A DNA stretch of 64,000 nucleotides from Deinococcales bacterium. GTDB taxonomy: Bacteria > Deinococcota > Deinococci > Deinococcales > JAAFIG01. How positions within the stretch are numbered: the stretch's first letter is position 1; each line of letters begins with the position of its first letter. The notes beneath the pieces are model-generated. The model did not search any database. It had not been told where the DNA came from and was given only the letters and a program-made list of their open reading frames with translations. Positions 29,979-40,291 of this stretch are shown here, piece by piece. The translations under genes and the position numbers were made by a program. The DNA lies in contig JANNVX010000015.1 of the NCBI GenBank assembly GCA_031414595.1, forward strand, positions 29,084-93,083, read 5' to 3'.

Positions 29979-31226
29979 ATGCGAACCCCCAGTGTGCTTG
30001 AAATGCAAAGCCATCATCTCGAGTTGAATAATCCAGATTTTATCCTGAATCCTTACCCTGTTCTGGGGGAGCTTCGCCAAACCAAGCCAATTTTTTATGA
30101 CCCAATTTGGAAAAAAGTTTTTGTTCTAAGCTATGACCACATTTCAAGTTTATTGCGCGACAAACGCTTTGGGCGGAGCATTTTTCATCTCCTGAGCCGT
30201 GATGAACTGGGTTTCCCACCTCCCGACCCACGCCTAACGGCTTTTGATGCTTTTCAGGAGCATCATATTCTCGATATGGAAGGCTCTGGACATACTCGCA
30301 TTCGGGGTTTGGTGCAAAAAGCCTTTACGCCCTCAAAGGTCGAGAATCTTCGTTTGCGAATTCGGGATTTGGTGGCAAGCAGTCTCGAGAACCTGCCGCA
30401 AACTTTTGATGCAGTCGGTGATTTTGCAGAGCCGCTTCCTGTGATGGTGATTGCCGAATTGTTGGGTGTTCCAGCCTTAGACAGGCACAAACTGCGCCCG
30501 TGGAGCGCGGCGATAGTCAAACTCTATGAGCTTGGGTATTCAGATGAGACTGCTGAAGCAGGTAACACGGCGGTTCTCGAGTTTTCGGCATATATTCAAG
30601 CCCTTGCTAAGCAACGTCGGCTCGAGCCACAAGATGATTTAATTTCGGCGTTGGTACAAGTCGAAGAAGCAGGGGAGAGGTTAAGCAATGCCGAGTTAAT
30701 TGCCAACTGTATTTTGTTTTTGAATGCTGGGCATGAAGCCACGGTCAATGGTTTATCGAGTGCGCTTTTAGCACTGCACAACCATCCAAGTGCCAAAGCC
30801 GAGTTGGTCGCGGCTGTTTCGCAACCAGACACCGCAAAAATTTGGACAAGTGCGGTGGACGAATTGCTGCGTTTTGACACGCCCTTGCCAATGTTTGAGC
30901 GCTGGGTTCTCGAGGATATGGAATTTGCTGGGCTGCAACTAAAAAAAGGTATGGAACTGGCATTAATGTACGCCAGTGGCAACCGTGACCCAAATAAATT
31001 TGAGTATCCAGACCAAATAAACCTAGCTCGAGAACCCAATATGCACCTGACTTTTGGGCTTGGCACACACTACTGTATTGGCGCACCGTTGGCTCGACTC
31101 GAGATGAGTGTGGCACTGCGGATGTTTCTAAAGAAATTTCCAAATTACAGTATTCCAGAGCAGCCCCTTGAGTACACTGGGTTTGTGATTCGGGGCTTAA
31201 AACAATTGATCGTGCAAGTCGGATAA
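29979..31226 (+). CDS. Cytochrome P450
   Basis: AGHEAT, ELLR, heme motif FGLGTHYCIG. Confidence 0.95.
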   Translation: MRTPSVLEMQSHHLELNNPDFILNPYPVLGELRQTKPIFYDPIWKKVFVLSYDHISSLLRDKRFGRSIFHLLSRDELGFPPPDPRLTAFDAFQEHHILDMEGSGHTRIRGLVQKAFTPSKVENLRLRIRDLVASSLENLPQTFDAVGDFAEPLPVMVIAELLGVPALDRHKLRPWSAAIVKLYELGYSDETAEAGNTAVLEFSAYIQALAKQRRLEPQDDLISALVQVEEAGERLSNAELIANCILFLNAGHEATVNGLSSALLALHNHPSAKAELVAAVSQPDTAKIWTSAVDELLRFDTPLPMFERWVLEDMEFAGLQLKKGMELALMYASGNRDPNKFEYPDQINLAREPNMHLTFGLGTHYCIGAPLARLEMSVALRMFLKKFPNYSIPEQPLEYTGFVIRGLKQLIVQVG

Positions 31227-31380
31227 GTCATTCGAGGTGTGGAGGTACGTTGAATCTTAAAAATAACGTCTAGGACAAATTTCTCAAAACTCAAAGCCAA
31301 ATAGTCTGCTGCTGTTCAAAAACAATTTTGCTAAGGTCTGCATTGAAAAGTCTAGTCTAGTATGATACACTTGGTCTACT

Positions 31381-31614
31381 ATGGAAACCACAACAGTGAA
31401 TGTTTACCAAGCCAAAACTCAACTTTCGCAACTGATAGACCGTGCCTTGAGTGGCGAACAGATTGTCTTATCTAGGCGTGGAAAACCACTGATTAAGTTC
31501 TTGCCCCTCGAGAATACACCAAAAAAACGTGAATTGGGTTTCTTAGATTTTCCGCTTGAACCAGACTTTGATAAACGCTGCATGGAACAACTGGATTTTG
31601 AGATGTTCAAGTGA
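31381..31614 (+). CDS. Phd/YefM family antitoxin
   Basis: VNVYQAKTQLSQLI...GE.IVLSRRGKP. Confidence 0.9.
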   Translation: METTTVNVYQAKTQLSQLIDRALSGEQIVLSRRGKPLIKFLPLENTPKKRELGFLDFPLEPDFDKRCMEQLDFEMFK

Positions 31615-32003
31615 AATCTTACCTTTTGGATACCCATGTTTTTATCTGGGCAATTCGTGAACCAAAAAAATTGTCTATTGCGGCTCGTCGTATTCTCGAT
31701 AATCCTCAAGCCGATTTGCTCATCTCGAGTATTACACCTTGGGAAATCGCCATGAAATACCGCATCGGAAAAATGCCAGAAGCTGCCTATATTCTGCCGC
31801 AATTTGATTCGCATTTACAAAAAATTCGCGCTCGTGACTTACCATTTTCTTTGCAACATGGACTTGAAACGTCCAGTGTACAATTGCCTCATGGTGATCC
31901 TTTTGACCGAGCGCTTTTTGCTCAAGCCAAACTCGAGGGCTTAACCTTAATCAGTGCCGATACAGCCTTTGAAGATGCGGTTGGCGTAAAGGTGTTGTGG
32001 TAA
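31611..32003 (+). CDS. vapC: VapC/PIN toxin
   Basis: YLLDTH, WEIAMK, HGDPFDR, LISAD; GTGA overlap with the antitoxin gene. Confidence 0.92.
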   Translation: MKSYLLDTHVFIWAIREPKKLSIAARRILDNPQADLLISSITPWEIAMKYRIGKMPEAAYILPQFDSHLQKIRARDLPFSLQHGLETSSVQLPHGDPFDRALFAQAKLEGLTLISADTAFEDAVGVKVLW

Positions 32004-32011
32004 AAAAAACC

Positions 32012-32043
32012 GAACTCGAGAAAAATACATCTCGAGTTCTTTT
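32012..32043. terminator. Terminator hairpin with CTCGAG in both arms
   Basis: GAACTCGAGA, 8-nt loop, TCTCGAGTTC, then TTTT; an A tract lies on the other side. Confidence 0.7.
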
Positions 32044-32118
32044 AGGTGGATATTTTGGATTTGAAAAGCCCTACGAGAACTCCTACAAAACCCTCGAGAA
32101 GCTGCCTTTTGGCATGGA

Positions 32119-33597
32119 TTAGCGGTTCAAGTCAAAGACAAATAAGTAATGCTCGGTGCTGCGGGTTTTAAGACTCATTTCTTTGGGTGTACCAATTTCG
32201 ATTTTGGCTTTAACATCAGTCATTTCTAAACCGATTTCCGCCCCGTTCTTTTGTGGTGCGCTTAAACGCAGGGTTTTTACGCCAGCCATTGGCTCGCTGC
32301 TCTGTAGGGAAACGGGTACACTGGTGCTTTCGTGTGGGAATTTATAGTTGTTTGGGTTGCGCCACTCTCCTGTAACATTTGCCACGGCTGGGAAAATCCA
32401 ACCAGCCAAATAGAGCTTGTTGCCATACGCGGCAATGCCCATGTTGTGATCCATGGCGAGAACTTCTTTTTGCGTGCCGGTAAAGTAATACATTTCTTGC
32501 TCGAGTTTGCCGTCTAAGTTGTATTTGAGTAAAACACTATCGCCAAATTGATAATCAGCTTGGGTGTTTTCTTGATAGCCGATTCGTCCGCCTAAGTAAA
32601 GGCTATTGCCAATCACCCGAACGATTCTTGCATTGTTGCGGTCATTGCGAACCCCAGCGTTGTAGCGTTGCCCCCAGAGAATTTTACCATTGGGGTCTAG
32701 TTTGAATAGCTCGAGGTAGGTTTGTGTTCCGTGGACATCGCTAGCGGCATACAGATTGCCATTTGCATCCATATCAAGGTCAGAAATGGTGCTACCACGG
32801 GTTTCTTGGGGAATTTCTTTTGCCCAGTTAAACTCGAGTTTATCTTGAATTACGCTTAACTTGAGGATTTGTCCTCGGGCGGTGCGTCCGTTCCAACCGC
32901 CTAAGTAAAGGCTGCTGGCGTTGGCATTGGCAACGATGCTATACACGCGGTCATTGCTGCCGGGAGTTGGGTCTATGGTCAGGGCATCGAGTTGATTGCC
33001 GTTATTTGTATCAAAAATACTGACCAGAATCTGGGCTTCGTCGCCAGCGTCGCCGCCGCCACCAGCCACAAAGACCCGATTACCGACCACCGTCAGGCTC
33101 GAGGCGTTGGTTGCCCCATTGGCTTGGTTTTTCCAATGGGGTCGCCAGGCTTTGCTCCAGAGCATTTCACCGTTACTGGATAATTTGACAACAATTTGGC
33201 TTGGTGGTTCGGCATTGATTTTCCAAGCGGCTCGAGCCACGATATAAACACTACCTGCGCTGTCTATGGCGATAGAACGACTGGTTGCGCCGTGGTCGCC
33301 ATCTATGTAGCGCATCGGAGAATCTAAGCCCGGTGTGCCAATGCTTTTTGCCCATAAAAGCTCGCCAGATGGAGATACCTTAGAAACCAGTAAATCGCCG
33401 TAGTAAGTGTCCACAAAGCTCTTGGAGACCCCAACCGTGATGGCATTGCCGTTTGAATCCACCACCAAACCATTTAAGACATCCGAACTATTGCCTCCCC
33501 AAACGCGCTCGAGACTTGGTTTAGGGGTGCTGTTTTGGGCAAAAGCAAACACGCTTAAGCCAATTGCCAATGCAGTTGTTTGTAGAATTTTTTTCAT
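32119..33597 (-). CDS. Secreted beta-propeller-like protein
   Basis: SD GGAGG; signal peptide MKKILQTT...AFA; repeated D..GN.Y / K.D.NG..LW blades. Confidence 0.75.
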   Translation of the reverse strand: MKKILQTTALAIGLSVFAFAQNSTPKPSLERVWGGNSSDVLNGLVVDSNGNAITVGVSKSFVDTYYGDLLVSKVSPSGELLWAKSIGTPGLDSPMRYIDGDHGATSRSIAIDSAGSVYIVARAAWKINAEPPSQIVVKLSSNGEMLWSKAWRPHWKNQANGATNASSLTVVGNRVFVAGGGGDAGDEAQILVSIFDTNNGNQLDALTIDPTPGSNDRVYSIVANANASSLYLGGWNGRTARGQILKLSVIQDKLEFNWAKEIPQETRGSTISDLDMDANGNLYAASDVHGTQTYLELFKLDPNGKILWGQRYNAGVRNDRNNARIVRVIGNSLYLGGRIGYQENTQADYQFGDSVLLKYNLDGKLEQEMYYFTGTQKEVLAMDHNMGIAAYGNKLYLAGWIFPAVANVTGEWRNPNNYKFPHESTSVPVSLQSSEPMAGVKTLRLSAPQKNGAEIGLEMTDVKAKIEIGTPKEMSLKTRSTEHYLFVFDLNR

Positions 33598-33615
33598 GTC
33601 CTTCCTCCGCATATC

Positions 33616-33650
33616 AGTATCAAAGAAAGGTGTTATGTGGGTGTTATGCG
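33616..33650 (-). promoter_or_regulatory. Putative SARP-type box: 9-bp direct repeat with 11-bp period next to the -10 GATACT
   Basis: GGTGTTATG at 33629 and 33640 (plus strand). Confidence 0.6.
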
Positions 33651-36454
33651 AAAACATCAAAAGGCAAAATCTCCTCGAGCGAAATAAGTGGTTCAATCGG
33701 CACTTGCCCGATTTTTTGGCGCAATTCTTTGAGTATTTTCTCGAGCAATTGTTGTTCTCGGGGGGCTGGTTGGCGCTCCAAAACAAGGTTGGCAATGCGC
33801 CATGCTTGGAGGTACTGCTTATTTTCAAGCTCGAGTTCGGTCAGGGCAACAAGGGTCAGATTTGTTTGCGGTGCCGCTTCGAGTTGCAGACTTACTTTAA
33901 GGCTTTGCAGTAACATCTTTTTGGCTGGCTCGAGTTGCCCTAGGTCTTGTAGGGTCAGTCCAATACCACGCAAGGCAATCACTTCAACATAGCCGTGTCC
34001 CATACGCTGACAGCGTTTGAGGGTCTGTTCAAAACCACCTAGGGCTTGAGGGAGTTTTTGTTCACGGCGGGCGGTATCGGCTAAGTGGCTGCTGACCAGT
34101 GTTTCGCCAAAATGATCGCCTATTGCTTGGGCAATACTCAAACATGCCCTAAATAATTGTTTGGCTTGGCTTAATTGCCCAAGGTTTTTTAGGGCATCGC
34201 CAAGATTAAGCTGGGCAATAAACATGGCTCTGGGCTGAGCGCTTTTGCGCCGTAACTCGAGGCTCTCACGGTGGTACTGCACAGCTTTTTGGGCATCGCC
34301 ACTGTTTAAGGAAACCAAACCCAAAGAATTGAGTACCCGAGCCTTGGCTGCACCATCCTCGAGTTGCTGCATCAGACCTAAAGCGATTTCAAATTGCTGC
34401 GTGGCTTTGGTAAAATCACCCATGCCCTCAAAGACATTACCCAATTGATAGGCGCAAACACCAATCCCGCGTGGGTCGTTTTCGCGGGTATACAGTGCTT
34501 GGGCATTCTCGAGGGTTTTTAAGGTGCTGTGGTACAAACCCAAGCGAAATTCTGCCCATGCCAAGCGCACCAAGAGTTTAGCATGGGCAAGGGTGTTGGC
34601 TTGGCTGGCATCAGCCGCGATTCTAAAGAGTTGTTGAGCTTCAAAAAATAAGCCTCGTAAATCTAGGTAAGTCGAAAGAGCAACACTGGCAGAACTAAGT
34701 AATTCTATTTGCTGATGTTCACAGGCAAAATTCCAAGCCGCACGGATATTCTCGAGTTCAATCCGAACCGCCTCGAGATGATTTTTTGGTTCAATTTCTA
34801 GTTTGCCCTCGAGTTTGGCTAACCATTGCAAAAAATACTGAGCATGAGCGGCTTTGACCTCAATCTGGGATTGCAGATTTTTGATCGCGGCGTGCCGAAT
34901 CAGTTTGAGCATCGTAAAACGTCCAGCCTCGGCTTGGAGCAAAGAAGCGCTGACCAATACAGCCAAGTCGGTTAAATTGGCATGGGCAAAATGGCGGGCA
35001 GTATTCAGGTCAAAACCACCAACACAGACTGCCAAAACACAGATTTTTCGTTGTAAATCTGGGCTTAATCTGCGCCAAGAACCTTCAAAGACACTGCGCC
35101 AGTCCAGTAAATCGGTGTTCTGCTCGAGTTCTTCGGCGAGGGCTTTGAGGCTTAGGGTTCGCGTCCAAGTGGCAGCCAATTCCAAAGCCAAAGGCATTCT
35201 TTCTAAGGTAGCCACAATTCGTTGTGTCGCCACCAAATCCATTTGAAGGTTATTATTTTGGCGTTGACAGCCTTCAATAAAAAGCTGCATTGCGGGTTCT
35301 AAATTTAAGCCTTGCAGGGCATAAATCTGTTCTAAACCCAAACCAAGGGCTTGTCTCGAGGTAATCAGCAGTTGCACACCAGTGCTAAGTAACGCTTCTA
35401 CCAAACTTGTTTCGGGGAGCAATTGTTCGTAATTGTCCAGCAAAAAAGTGGTTCTGGGCATGGCACGGCAAATGTTCAACAATTGGCTTACTGCATCTTG
35501 ATGCGCCGAAAAACGAATTCCAAGGCTTTCGGACAGTTGCCCAAGTAAACCCGTTTGGTCAGTCACGTTTTCCAAAGAAACGCGGATGGCTTGTGGGCAA
35601 ATTTCTTTTGCCAAACGGGTTTTGCCCGCACCGCCAAAACCAGTGATGGTCAGTAGGTGGGTACTTGGGTTTTGCAACAATTTTTTAAGCACAGCAACTT
35701 CTTCTTCACGTCCAAAAAATGGTGTCTCTGGACGAACAAATGGCTGGCTAGGACGGTCTTCAAGAGATGCCAATAACTCGAGGGTACGCAAGGCTGGGGT
35801 CATGCCAACATCGCGCTGTAAAACGCCAGCGAAGGCTTGAAACGCTGCCACGCCTCGAGTGATGGATTTATTTTGTTTGCTTGCCACCATTAAAAGTTGC
35901 AAAGCATCTTCGGACAGTGGTTCAAATTTAAGCACCTGTTCAAGTATTTCTAAGGCTTGGGCGGTATTTCCAAGCATTAACATCTGGTCGGCGGTTTCAA
36001 TCGCCAAAGTGCGCCACAAAAGGAGTAAATCAAGCCGCTCTGTTTCTAACCAAGCCATAAATTCTGGTGCATCGGGTAAGAACCAATGACTCAGTAGATG
36101 AGGATTGACTTTTAAGGCTTGGGCATCTTTTTTTTGTAGTTGCAAACGCCACTGCTGCAAATCGCTTGTCCCTAAAAACTCGAGTGGTGCAGCCAGCCGT
36201 GACTTGCTGTCTTGACGCGCTAAGGCAACCCCAAAAGGCAACTGCCAAACCCGTTGTAACAATTGTCTTAGGTTACGCCGTGCTTCAAAATCCGGGGTAT
36301 CCAACCAGAATAGATTGCTGATTTCGGTTCTTGGTACCGGACAAGCCCGAATTGCCAAATAAATCAGTAAAGCACTGCGTTTATCTGGTGGCAATAAAAA
36401 ATCTTGCTGCTCGAGCCGTGCTGCTCCAGACCCCAGCAACTCGAGATGAACCAT
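33644..36454 (-). CDS. AfsR-like regulator (wHTH-BTAD, NB-ARC-type NTPase, TPR)
   Basis: LELLGS, ALLIYLA, EPLSE, FFGREEE, GFGGAGKT, LLDNYEQ, MPLALELAA, TPRs. The ATG at 36454 is 5 nt after TAAAAT. Confidence 0.88.
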   Translation of the reverse strand: MVHLELLGSGAARLEQQDFLLPPDKRSALLIYLAIRACPVPRTEISNLFWLDTPDFEARRNLRQLLQRVWQLPFGVALARQDSKSRLAAPLEFLGTSDLQQWRLQLQKKDAQALKVNPHLLSHWFLPDAPEFMAWLETERLDLLLLWRTLAIETADQMLMLGNTAQALEILEQVLKFEPLSEDALQLLMVASKQNKSITRGVAAFQAFAGVLQRDVGMTPALRTLELLASLEDRPSQPFVRPETPFFGREEEVAVLKKLLQNPSTHLLTITGFGGAGKTRLAKEICPQAIRVSLENVTDQTGLLGQLSESLGIRFSAHQDAVSQLLNICRAMPRTTFLLDNYEQLLPETSLVEALLSTGVQLLITSRQALGLGLEQIYALQGLNLEPAMQLFIEGCQRQNNNLQMDLVATQRIVATLERMPLALELAATWTRTLSLKALAEELEQNTDLLDWRSVFEGSWRRLSPDLQRKICVLAVCVGGFDLNTARHFAHANLTDLAVLVSASLLQAEAGRFTMLKLIRHAAIKNLQSQIEVKAAHAQYFLQWLAKLEGKLEIEPKNHLEAVRIELENIRAAWNFACEHQQIELLSSASVALSTYLDLRGLFFEAQQLFRIAADASQANTLAHAKLLVRLAWAEFRLGLYHSTLKTLENAQALYTRENDPRGIGVCAYQLGNVFEGMGDFTKATQQFEIALGLMQQLEDGAAKARVLNSLGLVSLNSGDAQKAVQYHRESLELRRKSAQPRAMFIAQLNLGDALKNLGQLSQAKQLFRACLSIAQAIGDHFGETLVSSHLADTARREQKLPQALGGFEQTLKRCQRMGHGYVEVIALRGIGLTLQDLGQLEPAKKMLLQSLKVSLQLEAAPQTNLTLVALTELELENKQYLQAWRIANLVLERQPAPREQQLLEKILKELRQKIGQVPIEPLISLEEILPFDVFA

Positions 36455-36462
36455 AAGGCATT

Positions 36463-37638
36463 TTAGCCTAGTTCGGCTCGAGGTGGTTCGGGCAGTTTTA
36501 GGGTGATTAACCAAGCTGGAATTAAAAGAGCTATTGTCACAAGCATGGCAATTTGTGGCGTGGTGGCTTCGGCAAGTTCTGCTACCAGTTTATACAGCAC
36601 CCCAGCCGTTCCCCAGCTAAATCCCATCATCAGGGCGCTGGTGGTGGCGGTTTTACCCGGGGCAAATTCTTGGGCTGCCACCACTGCTACAGGAATGGTG
36701 GCGTTGGCAAGTCCGCCAGTGGCAAAACACAGCAGGTAAAAAGGCACAATCCCAATACTCGAGGGGCTAACAAAGACCAGCAGTACAAAAAGCGGAATCA
36801 AAAGCAGCACACTCGAGCGTAAAACGGTGGTACGCCCGATTTTATCTGAAACCTGTCCACCAATAATGCCGCCGATGGCACTGGCGATGGAGAGCATAAA
36901 AAGCGAACCTGCAATCACCCAATCAGACTCTTTGTCTTTGAGAACAAAGGGCAGTAAACTGGCGTAAGTTACGGTACTTAGGCTTCGCAGCACCCCCATT
37001 GCCCAAAGGCTACGAATCGGACCCTTAAAAAGTTCGAGGTAGTCTCTTAGGGCAGTTGGTTTGATCAAAACTCGGCTGCTTGGGGTAATAACAAACGAAA
37101 TTATCCCCATTAAAAAACCAAGCGGCATTAACCAAACAATCCCTTGTAAGCCTAGGGCAGTGGCGGTTAAAGGACCGAGTGCTAAGCCAGCCGTGCCACC
37201 CGCACTAAAAATACTGGCGTATAGCCCACGTTTCTCGAGTTGAGAATTTTGTGCCACATACGCCGCGCCACTTGGATGAAAAACCGCGCTGCCAATGCCA
37301 GCCAGAACAATCAGCAGTGCCACCAGAAAAAACGAGGGTGCATGACCGATTAAAGTCATGCCAATCGCTGCCAATATCGGACCCGCCGCCGCTAACCATT
37401 TGCGGTCTACACGGTCGCCAAGTGCGCCAAAAAGCGGCTGAGAAACACTGCCGACCACCGATAAAATCGCCACCAATGTTCCTGTGTCGCCAAGGGTGAT
37501 GTTAAATTTATCAACCAGTGCAGGTTGTAAGGGGGTCAGTAAACTGGTGAAATTATCGTTGATAAAGTGGCTGGCGGTCATCACAGCCACAATGGTTGTT
37601 CCAGAAGCGGCGGCTAATTTTGTACTCGAGGTTTGCAC
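36463..37638 (-). CDS. MFS transporter (Fsr-like)
   Basis: SHFIND, QPLFGALGDR, SAVFHP, SDKIGR. Confidence 0.88.
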   Translation of the reverse strand: MQTSSTKLAAASGTTIVAVMTASHFINDNFTSLLTPLQPALVDKFNITLGDTGTLVAILSVVGSVSQPLFGALGDRVDRKWLAAAGPILAAIGMTLIGHAPSFFLVALLIVLAGIGSAVFHPSGAAYVAQNSQLEKRGLYASIFSAGGTAGLALGPLTATALGLQGIVWLMPLGFLMGIISFVITPSSRVLIKPTALRDYLELFKGPIRSLWAMGVLRSLSTVTYASLLPFVLKDKESDWVIAGSLFMLSIASAIGGIIGGQVSDKIGRTTVLRSSVLLLIPLFVLLVFVSPSSIGIVPFYLLCFATGGLANATIPVAVVAAQEFAPGKTATTSALMMGFSWGTAGVLYKLVAELAEATTPQIAMLVTIALLIPAWLITLKLPEPPRAELG

Positions 37639-37697
37639 TAGCCCAGTTTACGCCCCAAGCCAAGTACGGCGCTGTACGCCAAAATGCTTGGCTAAGC

Positions 37698-37734
37698 AAA
37701 ACCCTTCGGTTATTATATTAACCGAAGGGTTTTT
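37698..37734 (-). terminator. Terminator downstream of tRNA-Ser
   Basis: AAAACCCTTCGGT/ACCGAAGGGTTTT inverted repeat. Confidence 0.8.
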
Positions 37735-37826
37735 TGGCGGAGAGGGTGGGATTCGAACCCACGGAACCCCTTACGAAGTTCAACGGTTTTCGAGACCGCC
37801 CCGTTCAACCGCTCTGGCACCTCTCC
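37735..37826 (-). tRNA. tRNA-Ser(CGA)
   Basis: GGAGAGG acceptor stem, anticodon loop CT-CGA-AA, long variable arm, GGTTCGAATCC, encoded CCA. Confidence 0.95.
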
Positions 37827-37908
37827 GCACGGTTGCAGCGCAAGAGTGTATCACAAGGGTTTGCATTTCGGCTAGTCTCGAGAAGTTTCATGTTTTTCTC
37901 ATATAGGT

Positions 37909-40212
37909 TTAAGGCAGGGCAGCAAGCGTCAAATTGATATTCGGCAAACTCGTCCCGTTAAATTGCAAATTCAAGTTGCTTTCCTTGCCTAAATCCCCAG
38001 AATCACAGGCTTCGGCGTTGCTGTTTTTATTGACACAAGCCACGACTCGGTATGTGCCAGCTTGGAGCGGATTGCCATTTCTCGAGAGCGTGATGCTGTA
38101 CGCTACTGCGCCACTTGTGCCGTTAATCGTGACCACTGCTCGACCAGTCAGGGCGCTTGTGCCTTCGTAGCAATCGCGGTCTGCGGCATCTACTGTTGGG
38201 CATCCAGCCCCAGCATCAGGCGCACTCCGCAAACGGTCAGCATACATATAGACACTGGTTTTGACACTTGGGGCGGTGCTGTTGGTGGCTTTAGAAAGGG
38301 CAGCGCCTGCTTGGAGTAAGCCTGCCCCAAAATCGGTGTCTTTGCCGGTTGTACCTAAGTCTTTGGCGGTGGACTCGAGAATGTTCTGCACTTCGACTCT
38401 GGTTAGGGTTGGGGTTTTGGCAAACATTAAGCCAGCCACCGCCGCAACTTGTGGGGCAGCAAAACTGGTGCCGCTTTTGAGTTCATAATTGTTGGTGTCA
38501 AACTTTAAGGACAATAAAGATTCGCCCGGGGCAACAATGTCTAAGGCTGCGCCAGTCGCACTAAAACTCGAGCGGGCGTTGCTTTTATTGACCGAACCGA
38601 CCGCAATCACATTGGGGTTGCTGGCGGGGAATTGTACGGCTGTGTCCGTACCGCACTGCAAGCCGCCGCTGACCCCGTTATTTCCAGAAGCCGCTACCAG
38701 CACTGCACCTTTACCAACAGCGTAAGTAATCGCGTTTTCGGTCAGTTTATCGGGGGTCTCAAAAGCGTTGGTTTGGGTCGCGCAAACGCCTAACGACATG
38801 CTGATGACTTTTGCACCTTGGTCGGCAGCATACTTAATACCTTTAGAAAGTGCCACAGTATCGGCAATTGCGCCTAATGCGTCTGCTCCGAAAACCTTAA
38901 CTGCCAAGACTTTACCGCTTTGGGTGATACCAGCAATTCCAGCTTGATTGTTGGTGGCAGCCGCAATCAGACCGGTTGCAAATGTGCCGTGTCCTCCGCC
39001 CTGAGTAGGAGTTAATTCGCTTGGGTCGCTGTCTTCGGTTAAGCATTTGGGGTCGTTGGCTTGGGTACTTGGGTCATCTACATAGGAGGCACAAAAATCC
39101 TTACCGAGCGTTACCCGCCCAGTCAAATCTGGATGATTGGCGTTGATACCTGTGTCCAGTACGGCAATCAGGTTATCTGGCACACTGACTTGGGTAAACC
39201 ACGCGCCAGCCGCATCAATCTGGGTCAAGTTGGCTTGGTCAGCATATTGGGGGTCGTTCGGGGCATCTTGCAGGCGGTATAAGTAATTGGGTTGAACGGT
39301 TGCGCCAGTCTCGAGCATCAGTTTTTGGGCAAAAGCGCTATCGGTCATACCACGTGGCACACTGACACGAACAAAGCCGCCATCTGAACGGCTGGTGGTG
39401 CTGCGTAAACTGGCACTGCTGCTCGATAAAGATTGTAAGCTGCTGCTGCTGAGCAGTAAAACCTCGCCTTCGACACGGGCTGCCTTCCAGTCTGGGCTGG
39501 TTTGGCGTTCACGTATGGCTTGAGGCTCGAGACCAATGGCTTGAGGAATGACTGGCGCACTGAGTAAGCCCGTATTTAAGGTGACTGTGCCACTGATGCC
39601 GCCACTGGCAATAATGGTCAGTTGAAATTCTCCAAATTGGCTCGAATCACTTTTGCTGGTGGCGCGAATTGTGGCTGTGGCTGGGTTGGGGACACTGCTT
39701 GGCGAGTTGTAATTGCCAGCCGCATCTATTGTTCCCCTTGTTGCACCTTCGACGACACTCCAATTGATATTGGTGGTCGGGTTGTTGTTTTCGGTGGCGG
39801 AAAACAGCACTTGGGTGTTAATCGCCACACTGCGAATGGTGGTCGCTTGCTGAACTTTGATCACCGAATTGACCACAGGGGCTTGTAAATTAACCGTTAC
39901 AGTAGCGGTTTTGGTGGTGTCCTGAACACTTTTAGCGGTAATCAGCAAACTGCTATTGGCGGTAATACTGGCAGGGGCAGTATAGGTGGCGCTGTTACCG
40001 TTGGGGGTAAACGTGCCAATGCCTGTTGGCGCGATTGTCCACGTCACGGTGGTGTTTTGAGCATTGCTGACTGTTGCCGTCAGGTTTAAGGTCTGTCCTT
40101 GCTGGGCATTGACCGAACTGGGCAAATTGACACTGATGCCCACAGGTGGTGGTGGACACGCCACAAGAATTGCTGCTAACGCAAAAGCCCCAAACACATA
40201 AGGTATCTTCAT
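37909..40212 (-). CDS. S8 subtilisin-like lipoprotein with Ig-like N-terminal domains
   Basis: Lipobox LVAC; catalytic triad motifs VLDTG, HGT and SGTSFA. Confidence 0.9.
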   Translation of the reverse strand: MKIPYVFGAFALAAILVACPPPPVGISVNLPSSVNAQQGQTLNLTATVSNAQNTTVTWTIAPTGIGTFTPNGNSATYTAPASITANSSLLITAKSVQDTTKTATVTVNLQAPVVNSVIKVQQATTIRSVAINTQVLFSATENNNPTTNINWSVVEGATRGTIDAAGNYNSPSSVPNPATATIRATSKSDSSQFGEFQLTIIASGGISGTVTLNTGLLSAPVIPQAIGLEPQAIRERQTSPDWKAARVEGEVLLLSSSSLQSLSSSSASLRSTTSRSDGGFVRVSVPRGMTDSAFAQKLMLETGATVQPNYLYRLQDAPNDPQYADQANLTQIDAAGAWFTQVSVPDNLIAVLDTGINANHPDLTGRVTLGKDFCASYVDDPSTQANDPKCLTEDSDPSELTPTQGGGHGTFATGLIAAATNNQAGIAGITQSGKVLAVKVFGADALGAIADTVALSKGIKYAADQGAKVISMSLGVCATQTNAFETPDKLTENAITYAVGKGAVLVAASGNNGVSGGLQCGTDTAVQFPASNPNVIAVGSVNKSNARSSFSATGAALDIVAPGESLLSLKFDTNNYELKSGTSFAAPQVAAVAGLMFAKTPTLTRVEVQNILESTAKDLGTTGKDTDFGAGLLQAGAALSKATNSTAPSVKTSVYMYADRLRSAPDAGAGCPTVDAADRDCYEGTSALTGRAVVTINGTSGAVAYSITLSRNGNPLQAGTYRVVACVNKNSNAEACDSGDLGKESNLNLQFNGTSLPNINLTLAALP

Positions 40213-40291
40213 GGTTGTCATTATGAACCACAAAACCTGTGTTTAGGGTAAGCGCAACCTTAATCTAGCCTTAGACTTGTATAATATAGGT

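Noticed and set aside
33598-33828. 77-aa N-terminal extension of the beta-propeller ORF
   Set aside because: It overlaps the regulator gene; the SD and signal peptide support a start at 33597.
11910-36454. STAND proteins as Avs-type antiviral NLRs
   Set aside because: Both carry wHTH/BTAD transcription modules rather than nuclease, TIR, SIR2 or protease effectors.
37484-37937. Plus-strand ORFs of 140 and 67 aa
   Set aside because: They are antisense readings of tRNA-Ser, its terminator and the MFS gene.
37735-40212. Integrative element at tRNA-Ser
   Set aside because: No integrase and no duplicated tRNA 3' end were seen.
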